Shown piece after piece: positions 15,983 through 25,000 of a stretch of DNA of 64,000 nucleotides. The position numbers and the translations under genes are program-made. Every line of letters begins with the position of its first letter. The stretch's first letter is position 1. Location of the stretch: IMG/VR virus record IMGVR_UViG_3300033074_000977, positions 9,729 through 73,728 of that record. One strand, written 5' to 3'. Source of the DNA: a virus. Lineage: Duplodnaviria > Caudoviricetes. The notes below the pieces were generated by a model. It saw only the letters and a program-made list of their open reading frames with translations. It was not told the origin of the DNA and did not search any database.

Positions 15983-18750
15983 CACCAAAACCTCACACTT
16001 GCTCGTCGTGCCTTTTAGCTGACACCCCCGGCTGCACCGGCTTCATGCCAGCCCCCGAGGGTAAAGGTTTAATCCCGCTTCTCGTAACGGCAGAGGCTTT
16101 AGGCGAGAATGAGGCACGCGATTCAAAACCGCTACGTCCCTATGCGGAATCTGGATCTCTATTTGAACGTGCGTTACGTTCAGTAGGAATCCAGCGCGAG
16201 CAAATAATCGTAACCAACATCATAAAATGTCGGCCTCCGGCTAACCGGCTCGCTGGCGAATACTACGAGCAGCCAGCTATTGAACACTGCCGACAATACT
16301 TCGACGCCGAAGTATCCCAATACAAACCCAAAGCTATCCTGGCAATGGGTGCGATACCATTCAAGTATCTAACCGGGATGTCAGGTCACAAGCAAAACCT
16401 CGAATACGTGCGTGGCTACCCGGTAGAATCTATCTGGTATCCAGGGATCCCCGTGATCGGCACGTTCCATCCGTCGTATATCCGACGTGGCGCATCTGAG
16501 ATGTTTCCGGTGTTGGTTCACGATCTGCATAAAGCGTTACAGATTGCCAAAGGAAAATTACCCTGGACAACTGCGCCTGAACAGGTAACTTACCAGCTAG
16601 GCGGAGTAGCTGAATTAAAGCAGATGTTGGATATACTTAGATCCCAACCTGACAGACTGCTGGCCTACGACATCGAAACCCGTGAGTCAGCTAAAACCAA
16701 CGAAGACGAATACGATTCGTTGTCGCCTAACGCTGAGATCGAATTAGTCCAATTATCCATCGCCCCAACCACCGGGCTGGCTGTGTATTGGAACAGCGAT
16801 ACTATCCCCTTACTTAAAGAGATCTTCGCTACCGCTAACCCCAAATCAGCCTTCAATGGATGGTTATTTGATAATAGAGTCCTTGAGGCTAAAGGTTTAA
16901 CCCTCAACGGAGAACTCCGTGACGCAATGGCAGCATGGCATCATTTGCAACCAGACTTACCAGCTAACTTACAATTCGTCTCATCGTTCTACGGTATGCC
17001 TCGTCCTTGGAAACACGAGATGGGTGCGGATTTAGTCACCTATGGGATCCGTGACGTGGATGCGGTGCAACGTATTGAGTCTAAGATTAACTCTGACCTA
17101 GCCCAAATGAAGATCCATGACGGCTATAAAAACTACGTAGTCGGTTTACGTCCTATCTTGAAAGCTATGGAGGAGCGTGGAATTGGCCGGGATCAACAAG
17201 CGATTGACGAATTAAAACTATGGATCGAACAGGAGAAGGTGAGGTTGAACGCTGAGATCCAGCAGTTAGCTCCAGCTGAGATTAAACCTGTTCAGAGATG
17301 GACTAGCTGGCCGCTAGACCTATCCGAAGCTCGCAAGACTTGGGCAGAAGCCAACCCCTACATCCCGATCTCCGTGAAAACTGGTAAGCCTTTGAAGGCT
17401 AGGATACCGGTGGTCAAGATCGAAGATCTGCGGTTGGCTGTAACCCAAGCAATGCATCCCGTAGGTGTGGGCGCACACGATATGTTAGCCACAGTTGAGA
17501 GATTAGGATATAAGTTCCATCCAACTAAACAAGAACTATGTAAAGAGCTACCGTTCCTTCCAGGATCCACGCAGCATCTAATGGCTTACCTACGTCACCA
17601 AGGTGTCGCAGTGCCTAAAGATCTGGACGGTAAAGATACCACCGGTCGTAGCGAGTTAGATAAATTAGTTAAAAAACTCAACCGCTCAACCAAACCCAAC
17701 GAACAGGAAGCGGCCACGTTTATCAACAAGGTACTGGAATATCGCAAGCTGCATAAAGTTCTAGCTACCTATATCGAAGGCTGGAAGAACGGCCCGGACG
17801 GTCGGATCCATACTACGTTTACGTTCTTACCGGCTACAGGTCAGCTCTCCTCCCGCAACCCTAATGTTCAGAACGTAGGCAAAGGTTCCGAATTAGCAAA
17901 GCGTTTTCGCAGAACTATCACACCAGCCCCGGGGCACGTGCTAGTCGAAGCTGATTACAAATCGTTCCACGCTTTGACATTAGGCTTCGAGGCGCAAGAT
18001 CCAGACTATATGCGGTTAGCCCGACTGGATTGTCATAGTTTCGTGGCAGCGCATCTATTGAAACTACCCGAAGCTACATCGGGTAAACTGATTGAAATGT
18101 CCGACGCTGAAATGTTGGACTTCTTCAAATGGTTCAAATCAGATCCTGAACGCAAGCTGATCCGTGACAAAAAGGCGAAGCCTAGCATTCTCGGTATAGG
18201 TTTCGGCTTAGGCAAACACAAACTCTACACAATGAACGAAGATTCGTTCGCCAACGAAGCCGAAGCTGGCAAGGTCATCACGTTAATCCGTGGAATCTTT
18301 CCTAAAGTGTTTGAGTTCCAGGAAAACGTTAAACAACTAGCTTATCGTCAAGGTTGGTTACGGTCACGCTGGGGTTTTGTGCGTAGGTTTTCAGATGTGT
18401 ATCGGTACAACTCCAGATCTCAAGGGTTGACTGCGGGAATGGATGCTGAAGCTTGTATCGCATTCCTACCAGCTAATTCAGCGTTCGGCAAAGTGCGTGA
18501 GGCAATGTTGGACTTCGAGCGCGAGGGGTTGAACGTTAGGTATAACTGCGTGTCCAGCGTTCACGATTCGATTATATTTGACGTACCTGGAACGTTGATC
18601 GACGAAGCGTTGCCTAAGATCAAGGAGATAATGGAGCGGCCTGGAAGTATGTTGGTGGATCCGGTTGTGGCACCGAATGGTTTACATTGTGAGGTTGAGT
18701 TGTCTATTTCGGACAGATCCTGGGCTGATCTACAGGAGGTGAAAGTATGA
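15979..18750 (+). CDS. polA: family A DNA polymerase with N-terminal family-4 uracil-DNA glycosylase domain and 3'-5' exonuclease
   Basis: UDG: CxxC, EALGENE, TNIIKCRPP, FHPSY. Exonuclease: YDIET, YGIRD. Polymerase: TGQLSSRNPNVQN, EADY, AKPSILGIGFG, VHDS. Confidence 0.92.
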   Translation: MTPKPHTCSSCLLADTPGCTGFMPAPEGKGLIPLLVTAEALGENEARDSKPLRPYAESGSLFERALRSVGIQREQIIVTNIIKCRPPANRLAGEYYEQPAIEHCRQYFDAEVSQYKPKAILAMGAIPFKYLTGMSGHKQNLEYVRGYPVESIWYPGIPVIGTFHPSYIRRGASEMFPVLVHDLHKALQIAKGKLPWTTAPEQVTYQLGGVAELKQMLDILRSQPDRLLAYDIETRESAKTNEDEYDSLSPNAEIELVQLSIAPTTGLAVYWNSDTIPLLKEIFATANPKSAFNGWLFDNRVLEAKGLTLNGELRDAMAAWHHLQPDLPANLQFVSSFYGMPRPWKHEMGADLVTYGIRDVDAVQRIESKINSDLAQMKIHDGYKNYVVGLRPILKAMEERGIGRDQQAIDELKLWIEQEKVRLNAEIQQLAPAEIKPVQRWTSWPLDLSEARKTWAEANPYIPISVKTGKPLKARIPVVKIEDLRLAVTQAMHPVGVGAHDMLATVERLGYKFHPTKQELCKELPFLPGSTQHLMAYLRHQGVAVPKDLDGKDTTGRSELDKLVKKLNRSTKPNEQEAATFINKVLEYRKLHKVLATYIEGWKNGPDGRIHTTFTFLPATGQLSSRNPNVQNVGKGSELAKRFRRTITPAPGHVLVEADYKSFHALTLGFEAQDPDYMRLARLDCHSFVAAHLLKLPEATSGKLIEMSDAEMLDFFKWFKSDPERKLIRDKKAKPSILGIGFGLGKHKLYTMNEDSFANEAEAGKVITLIRGIFPKVFEFQENVKQLAYRQGWLRSRWGFVRRFSDVYRYNSRSQGLTAGMDAEACIAFLPANSAFGKVREAMLDFEREGLNVRYNCVSSVHDSIIFDVPGTLIDEALPKIKEIMERPGSMLVDPVVAPNGLHCEVELSISDRSWADLQEVKV

Positions 18751-19265
18751 CACGTGAAATATGGAAACCCATTCCTTGTACTAAAGGTTGCTACGCCGCG
18801 TCTAATTTAGGGCGCGTGCGTAGTATTCTAGCTATCGGATCCAGACGTACTGGCAAGGTGCTAAAGACGCAACAAGAATCTGACGGCAGGTATCGAGTGT
18901 CGTTACATTTGCCGTGGGTAGGTAAATGGGGATTGAAACGATTCTTGGTACATAAGCTGGTGATAGAAGCTTTCAAAGGAGAATGCCCAGTTGGTTATGA
19001 GGTTAACCATAAAGATGGCGTGCATACTAATAACCGATTGACTAACTTGGAATATATTCCTAAGCGAAAGAACTACGATCACGCAGTCGAGCATAAGCTA
19101 TATGCTCACAGCGAAAAACGTGGGCTGTCAAAGCTGACTACGAATACGGTTAAGGTGATTCGTAAGTCGGAGTTACCTGGAAAGGTTCTGGCAGAGATTC
19201 ATGGAGTAAGCACCGCAGCTATCTCTGCTATTCGTAAACGTAAGATATGGAAGTATGTTGATTAA
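18747..19265 (+). CDS. NUMOD4-HNH homing endonuclease
   Basis: EIWKPI..Y.ASNLGRVRS (NUMOD4); VHKLV..AF, VNHKDG..NN...NLEY (HNH). Confidence 0.88.
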   Translation: MTREIWKPIPCTKGCYAASNLGRVRSILAIGSRRTGKVLKTQQESDGRYRVSLHLPWVGKWGLKRFLVHKLVIEAFKGECPVGYEVNHKDGVHTNNRLTNLEYIPKRKNYDHAVEHKLYAHSEKRGLSKLTTNTVKVIRKSELPGKVLAEIHGVSTAAISAIRKRKIWKYVD

Positions 19266-19289
19266 CAATGTAAATGGTCAGGTGGAAGC

Positions 19290-19805
19290 TTGGCCGGAAA
19301 GTGTAAGGGGGTTAATAAGCTGATGAAGAAGGTAAAAGTTGCGGGTACGTGTCCCGTGTGTCAGAAAGAGTTTTATACCAATTATCGTAAAGCAGTCGCA
19401 CGCCATATGCGCAATCATCCCGGGTATCTGTCGGCGGGGCGTAAATGGTTTCCGGGAGCTGCCATAGCAGACTACGACTTTGAGTTACTCCGAAATTCTT
19501 TTAGATCGTTAACTGCCCGAGAACGAGCTGTTATGGAAGGCGTGGAGGTTGTAACGGCTGACCCGGATCCAGTCGACCCAACCGTTCAACACCCCATCCA
19601 CTACGGCGGCGCAGACGACCCCTACGAAGCTATCAAAGTTATCCATGCCTGGGGATTAGGGTTCGACCTGGGTAATGTACTGAAGTATATCCGCCGTGCT
19701 GACCTCAAAGGCACACCTATCCAAGACTTGGAGAAAGCTAAGTTCTACCTGGAGGATGAGATTAAGCGGCGGAAGGAGGTGGCCAGCTTTGATGCTCAAA
19801 CCTAA
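19290..19805 (+). CDS. DUF3310-domain protein
   Basis: HPIHY...EAI...FDLGNVLKYIRRA..KG...DLEKAKFYL; alternative ATG start at 19323. Confidence 0.75.
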   Translation: MAGKCKGVNKLMKKVKVAGTCPVCQKEFYTNYRKAVARHMRNHPGYLSAGRKWFPGAAIADYDFELLRNSFRSLTARERAVMEGVEVVTADPDPVDPTVQHPIHYGGADDPYEAIKVIHAWGLGFDLGNVLKYIRRADLKGTPIQDLEKAKFYLEDEIKRRKEVASFDAQT

Positions 19806-19971
19806 ACAACGGCACAAAACCAGAATTACCAATATAGAATTCGATCCCTACCGCCACCCATACCAGGATCCTGCGCTACGGCAGGCGCGGGCTGAGCTAG
19901 TGATCGACATCTTAGCGGCACTGGGAGTAGGTTGTATCGCAGCTGCCTTGGCAATGTTACTAGGCAGTTAA
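19792..19971 (+). CDS. small membrane protein (59 aa), last gene of the + arm
   Basis: ATG at 19792 with AAGGAGGT RBS; C-terminal hydrophobic helix. Confidence 0.65.
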   Translation: MLKPKQRHKTRITNIEFDPYRHPYQDPALRQARAELVIDILAALGVGCIAAALAMLLGS

Positions 19972-19990
19972 CTAACTTCCCGCTGCCTTT
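19962..19990. terminator. possible bidirectional terminator at the convergence point
   Basis: AGGCAG/CTGCCT 6-bp stem between converging stop codons; weak T tract. Confidence 0.35.
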
Positions 19991-20702
19991 ACTGTAATTT
20001 CCACCCCATCCCCATCATCGCCCCAATCGCCCAACCGGTGTGCTCACCCCTAGCCGGTCCATTCGGCTGAGTGTAGTTAGTCCGTTGCGTGAACACCTTC
20101 ATGCGCACCAACCACTTACTGCGCTCAGCCAGGGGCAGATAAATATCCAATCCAAATCTATCACTGGCCACCTGATTCTGAGTTTGATTCTCTCGCAAGT
20201 AATGTTCCCAGGTGACTGCGTACTGATCGTTAAAGTTTATTCCCGCGCCTGCCACTCTGAACCACGCAGTTTTACTGTATCCACCTACCCCTGTGGTATG
20301 GTTATTAACTGCGGCCACACCGCCCAGCAGCAATGGACTTATCCTACGCTGCGGCAGCACTAACCATCTAACCTGCCCCCAACCGCGCGTAGCAGTACCG
20401 TTCCCCAGGTAGCGTTTAGCGGCCAGCTCAAACTGCGCACCTCCCACCAACCGGATACTTTCAAACTCTTTAGGAACACGGACCACTCCCTCAAGGGTAA
20501 TCCCTACGCCATCTGCATGCCCCGTACCGGGTGAGTGTGAATACGTAACCCCCGCCGTCACCGAGGGCTGCTGGGCACATACGTGACCAACAAGCGCAGT
20601 ACCGCCGATACACACCCAACTAACCAGCAGGAGCAACGCAGCGATTCGGGAAGTAACTGCCGGTCGGACTCGCCTGCGGTTCTGTAGTTCGCTTGAGATC
20701 AC
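19989..20702 (-). CDS. putative outer-membrane beta-barrel protein with signal peptide
   Basis: R-rich n-region, hydrophobic h-region, VCA|QQ; alternating amphipathic strands; aromatic-containing C-terminal strand GMGWKLQ. Confidence 0.6.
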   Translation of the reverse strand: MISSELQNRRRVRPAVTSRIAALLLLVSWVCIGGTALVGHVCAQQPSVTAGVTYSHSPGTGHADGVGITLEGVVRVPKEFESIRLVGGAQFELAAKRYLGNGTATRGWGQVRWLVLPQRRISPLLLGGVAAVNNHTTGVGGYSKTAWFRVAGAGINFNDQYAVTWEHYLRENQTQNQVASDRFGLDIYLPLAERSKWLVRMKVFTQRTNYTQPNGPARGEHTGWAIGAMMGMGWKLQ

Positions 20703-20718
20703 TGATCACCTTCCTTTG

Positions 20719-20988
20719 CTAAGCTTTGGGTTGACGTGCTTTAAGATTCTCATACGCAAGGTTAAGCAGAATCGTGATCCACGTCCCGCGCAGCTCACCA
20801 TACCGCTCCTTCGCCAGCGCAAACGCTTCATCGGCCCACATCTTAAACTCAGCGTTGTTATGCTTGGTCATTAGCTGCCCAACCAGCATAACCGCATCGT
20901 CAATATACTTCTCCAGAAACTGTTGCATCCCCGGGCGGGTGTACAGCTTCTTGAAGAAATTCCAGATTGCCTTAAATGGATTAGCCAT
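20719..20988 (-). CDS. amphipathic helical protein (89 aa)
   Basis: ATG at 20988 just after the previous stop. Confidence 0.65.
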   Translation of the reverse strand: MANPFKAIWNFFKKLYTRPGMQQFLEKYIDDAVMLVGQLMTKHNNAEFKMWADEAFALAKERYGELRGTWITILLNLAYENLKARQPKA

Positions 20989-20992
20989 AAGC

Positions 20993-21346
20993 TTACCTAT
21001 TCTCCTTATCCAGCTGGTCAATCAGCTGATCGTTCTTTAGTTTAGATTTCAGATCCTCTGGTGAGGATCCTTCGGGTAGGTTGAGCGCGGTAAGCAGCTG
21101 GTTCAAATGCAGCTTACCCAGCGCGTACTTCTCCAGTACCGACCAAACCACCGCTGCCAGGAATACCGGCAGCAGCGTGGCAATCTGGCCAGCGGTGGAT
21201 TCGTCTACGATTTGTTTGGTAAGTAACCATGTGCTAACGGTGAGTAAGAGGTTCCGCAGCACGCCGGTTACGATGGACATCAGGATAGATTTTACTAGGC
21301 TCATTGGGGGAGTCACCTTTGTGTTTAGGTTGTCAAGTCTATTCAA
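20993..21346 (-). CDS. holin-like small membrane protein
   Basis: Two to three hydrophobic segments and a charged C-terminus. Confidence 0.5.
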   Translation of the reverse strand: MNRLDNLNTKVTPPMSLVKSILMSIVTGVLRNLLLTVSTWLLTKQIVDESTAGQIATLLPVFLAAVVWSVLEKYALGKLHLNQLLTALNLPEGSSPEDLKSKLKNDQLIDQLDKENR

Positions 21347-22089
21347 TACGGTCTAAAGATCGACATAAGTATAGCGGCGAGTTGTGCAAACTGCAATGGT
21401 TTCTGGAATCTGCGCGCCTGCTTGGTAATCGGTGGCAGTTCGGCAGTAGCAGCGTCTAAGTTAGCAGTTATCCCGGCAGCATGTTGAGTAGTGCTTAACG
21501 CCGCCGTTACCAAATCATCCAGCTTCGGATCCGCCAACCGCTGGTTCACCGTCTGCACCGTCACATCGCCCATCGCTACTAAATGATTCAACGCACCGAT
21601 CACCTGCTCCACCGATGCACCCGTGCCTTGCGCGATAACATTAACCCCATCCACCAGCTTCGTCACAGACTTCGTACCAGCCACAATCTCAGGCAACAGC
21701 TCCTGGTTAACTCGTGTGTTTGTATCTGCTACCAACCTACTTCCCTCACCAACCAACCCTTCCAACCGATCCGTTGCGGCGGTGCTAGACCTCAACTGCG
21801 CCAACACAGCTGGTATCACTTGTGTGTTAATCAACCTACCCGTTGCTTGATAAGTCGCGCCGACCGCCAGTGCCGCCTCAACAGCCTTTTGGTTCTTGGT
21901 CGATTCCAGTACCTGTCTCTGTGCCACCCAATAGTCATTAAACTCCTTTGAAGTGTTACGGAGGTTTTCCGTGGTGCCGCGTAGGTCACGCAGCAACCCG
22001 CGTAGGTTCCACCAGAGATTACCTATGACGATCAAGCTTAACAATAGCAACCCTACCTTCAGCCAATCTTTTACCTTATTTATATCCAT
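21343..22089 (-). CDS. membrane-anchored coiled-coil protein (MlaD/MCE-helical-like or spanin-like)
   Basis: N-terminal TM helix, long heptad helical region, hydrophobic C-terminus. Confidence 0.55.
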   Translation of the reverse strand: MDINKVKDWLKVGLLLLSLIVIGNLWWNLRGLLRDLRGTTENLRNTSKEFNDYWVAQRQVLESTKNQKAVEAALAVGATYQATGRLINTQVIPAVLAQLRSSTAATDRLEGLVGEGSRLVADTNTRVNQELLPEIVAGTKSVTKLVDGVNVIAQGTGASVEQVIGALNHLVAMGDVTVQTVNQRLADPKLDDLVTAALSTTQHAAGITANLDAATAELPPITKQARRFQKPLQFAQLAAILMSIFRPY

Positions 22090-25000
22090 TACTTATTCAC
22101 ACTCCCTGCCGCTGCCTTCCGCTGCTGCATCAACTGCAACTGCTCCTCTGCCAACGTCGGCCTACCCGCACGCTTACGTTCCTTATCCTCCACCCGACGC
22201 TCCCAACGATTGAACTCCCCAGCATCCTCCAGCTTCCGCTCCACCTCGGGATACCGGCTCAACACTTCTTCGAATGCATCATCTGCCACCGCCCGCGCGA
22301 CATCATACGTATCCACGATCTTCTGGTCGATGTCCATGTGCTGCTGAGTAGCTTCCAAATCAGCGGTACGTTCCTTCATCAGCCTACCTATAGTAGCTAC
22401 GAGATCCCGGTCTACCTCTGTTACACCCGTGAACGGGATCCAGTCGGTGAGCTTGATCCCCGCGTGCTGGAAGATCCGTGCCGGGTAGGATTGCTCGGGT
22501 AGGACAGTAAACCCGGTGATAGCTTTAATAGCTGGTAAGTCAGTACGATGTACCGGCATCCCGGTGTACGGGTCGATCTTATCGGAGAGTTGCTCACGCG
22601 CAACTGGCACACGGTTAAGGATCGGCGCGAATAAACTCCCTGCACCCATGCCGTAGAGATCTTTCACGTCACGCATTGAAGTGAAGTATTGTGCACCGAT
22701 GTCGGTGTACATATTCAGCGGGGTTAGGTACCTACCGAACCAATCACTGAACGCGGTCGCCGCAGCTTCAGCAGCCTTGGTGCCCTTGTTCCCGGTTTGA
22801 TCCTGCGCAGCGGTTATTAAATCATCCAGCCATTTGAACGTGCCCGTGATATTCCGCATATCCAACCCGGCCAGGATGTTGAAGAACTCCAGTGCTGAGT
22901 CAGCTTCCGGCGCGGCTAACCCCCGGCGTTGACGCGCGATGTAATCAGCCACATATAACGGAGCTACCAGCTGTGGGACGTTACGCACCGACACCCCGCC
23001 TACACTATGCCACGAACCAACCGGCTTGCCTGTGCGTTCAGCCTCGTCGTATTTATCTTCGATCATTGCTGCCACTGCCACGTATACTGCGGTACCCAGG
23101 GTAGCTTTGATCAGCTTCTGGTGGTTCTCGACGGTCGGGCCGGACTCACCCGCGCCTACCAGCGCAGCTTTGATAATCGGTAACGGTGAGTAATCCAGTA
23201 CCATCTTGGCGTAGTTGCCCATAAACCCGACAAATGGAAACACAGCTGAAGTTAACACCGCAGCCGGGTCATTGGACTTGGCATACCAGTTATACGCTTG
23301 CGCAGTTAGTGACCCCGGTTCCGGTCGGGTTGCATATGTATCCTGCAACGCTTGGTTAACCGCACGCTCTACCACCGCAGCCGGTAGTTTATGGATCTCA
23401 TTCGCAGTATCCAGCTGCTCCAGATCCAACCCATACCTAGCTGCTTCGGTTTCTAAATTACTCACTAAACTAATCGTCCGCACGAACCGCTCACCCATCC
23501 GCGCGAGGGTTAGGTATTTATGCAGTCCGCGTGAGGCTTCGTGCAGTACCTTCGGCAACCAGCGGTCAGATTTAGCTAACCTAGCCTCAGCTTCTTTAAT
23601 CCGTGCCAGCCGCTGAAACTTATCTGCCCCTGCGGGCATATTCGTGACTTGGTTTTTCAGTAGAGTTAAAGCATCCCGCTCAGCTTGCACGGCCTCAGCA
23701 TGCGGTAACAGATGGATCTGGATCACATCATCGCTAAGCTGGCTATCGAACTTCCGCATTAACTCCGGCTGGAAGTTATGCAGCTCCTGCGCTATGCGAA
23801 TAGACTTCTCAGCTGGACGGTCAGCGGGGTCGTTCAGCGTTCCATCTTTTAACTTGCCGTGCGCGAACCAGTACGGATTATTAAGTATATCCTTGGTTAC
23901 GTTGCTCGCTGCGAACACCGGTGCCAGCACCGTACTTAACGGCGGCACCGAATTCTGTTCAAACTTGCTTGGCTCCCCCGGCCCACCTGTTAGCTCGCGC
24001 TTGCTCCCAATCGCCCGCTCAATCACCTGATCAGCTAGGTTGATAATGCTTCTAACTCCGGTGGCGTTCACCAACCCAGTCACCACGTTAGGGGTTTGCG
24101 TAGCCAGTTGCGCAATCGTCGCCCCTATATTCAAGTTCACCAGCTGCCGCGCGATACTCGGCCCATTCGCAATCGCGTCGATCTCCTGCATCGTCGGCGG
24201 GCGGGAGTTGATCCAATCGTCGAGTTCGGGCGACAACCCACGAAGTTTATTGATCTCACGCTGCTGGCGGGCGAAGATGTTAAGGTCGCGGCCAGCGGCG
24301 GAACCGAACTGCCGGAAGCGCTCGAACAGTTCAACCGTATCTTTTAACCCGTAACGCTTGGCTACTTCGTCCAGCTGGGGCACGGTGGTACGTCCGGTAC
24401 GCATGGCGTTGATCAGCTGATCCGTAGTGGACATTTCGCTGCTGTCAAGTAGCGGCACATCCGAAGCTATCAACATATCCTTAGCTACGTTGGCTAGGAA
24501 GTTCCCGTATTCGTTGGACATCCGCACTTGGTCTAGCGGCGCGTCAATCGGTGGAAGTTGATCACCGTTGGCCAACCTACCTTTAGCCGCCAGCTTCGCT
24601 TCAGCACGTTTCCGCGCGGTGTTATCCCCTAGTTGTCCGGCTAACTCACCCTTGAGTACGCTACCACGACTTCGCAGCTCACGGAACTTCTTCACTGCTG
24701 CAACGTGCTGTTGCTTTAACTCAGTACCTAGCTGTTGGATCTCAGCATCCAACTCAGGCTGCGGTAGTCCAGCATCCTGCTGCATTTTAGTCGCAGCGGC
24801 GGCGAGGTCGTTATTGCGGCGGATTCGCGCGCGCAGGTTAGCTATCTCACGGTAAGCTTTACGTTCAGCTTCGCGTTGGGTAGCTACCTGCTGCGAGATC
24901 TCTGACGATGCGTTGGTTTTACGGAGGTGAGTGATGTCTGGATCCAGCTCCAGCTTACCTGCTGCTTCGTCAGCGGCTTCCCCCGCTGGGTTGGCGGCGT

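Noticed and set aside
15979-18750. Z-genome (DpoZ/PurZ) or other base-modification system
   Set aside because: No PurZ, dATPase/MazG or base-modifying transferase recognised in the window
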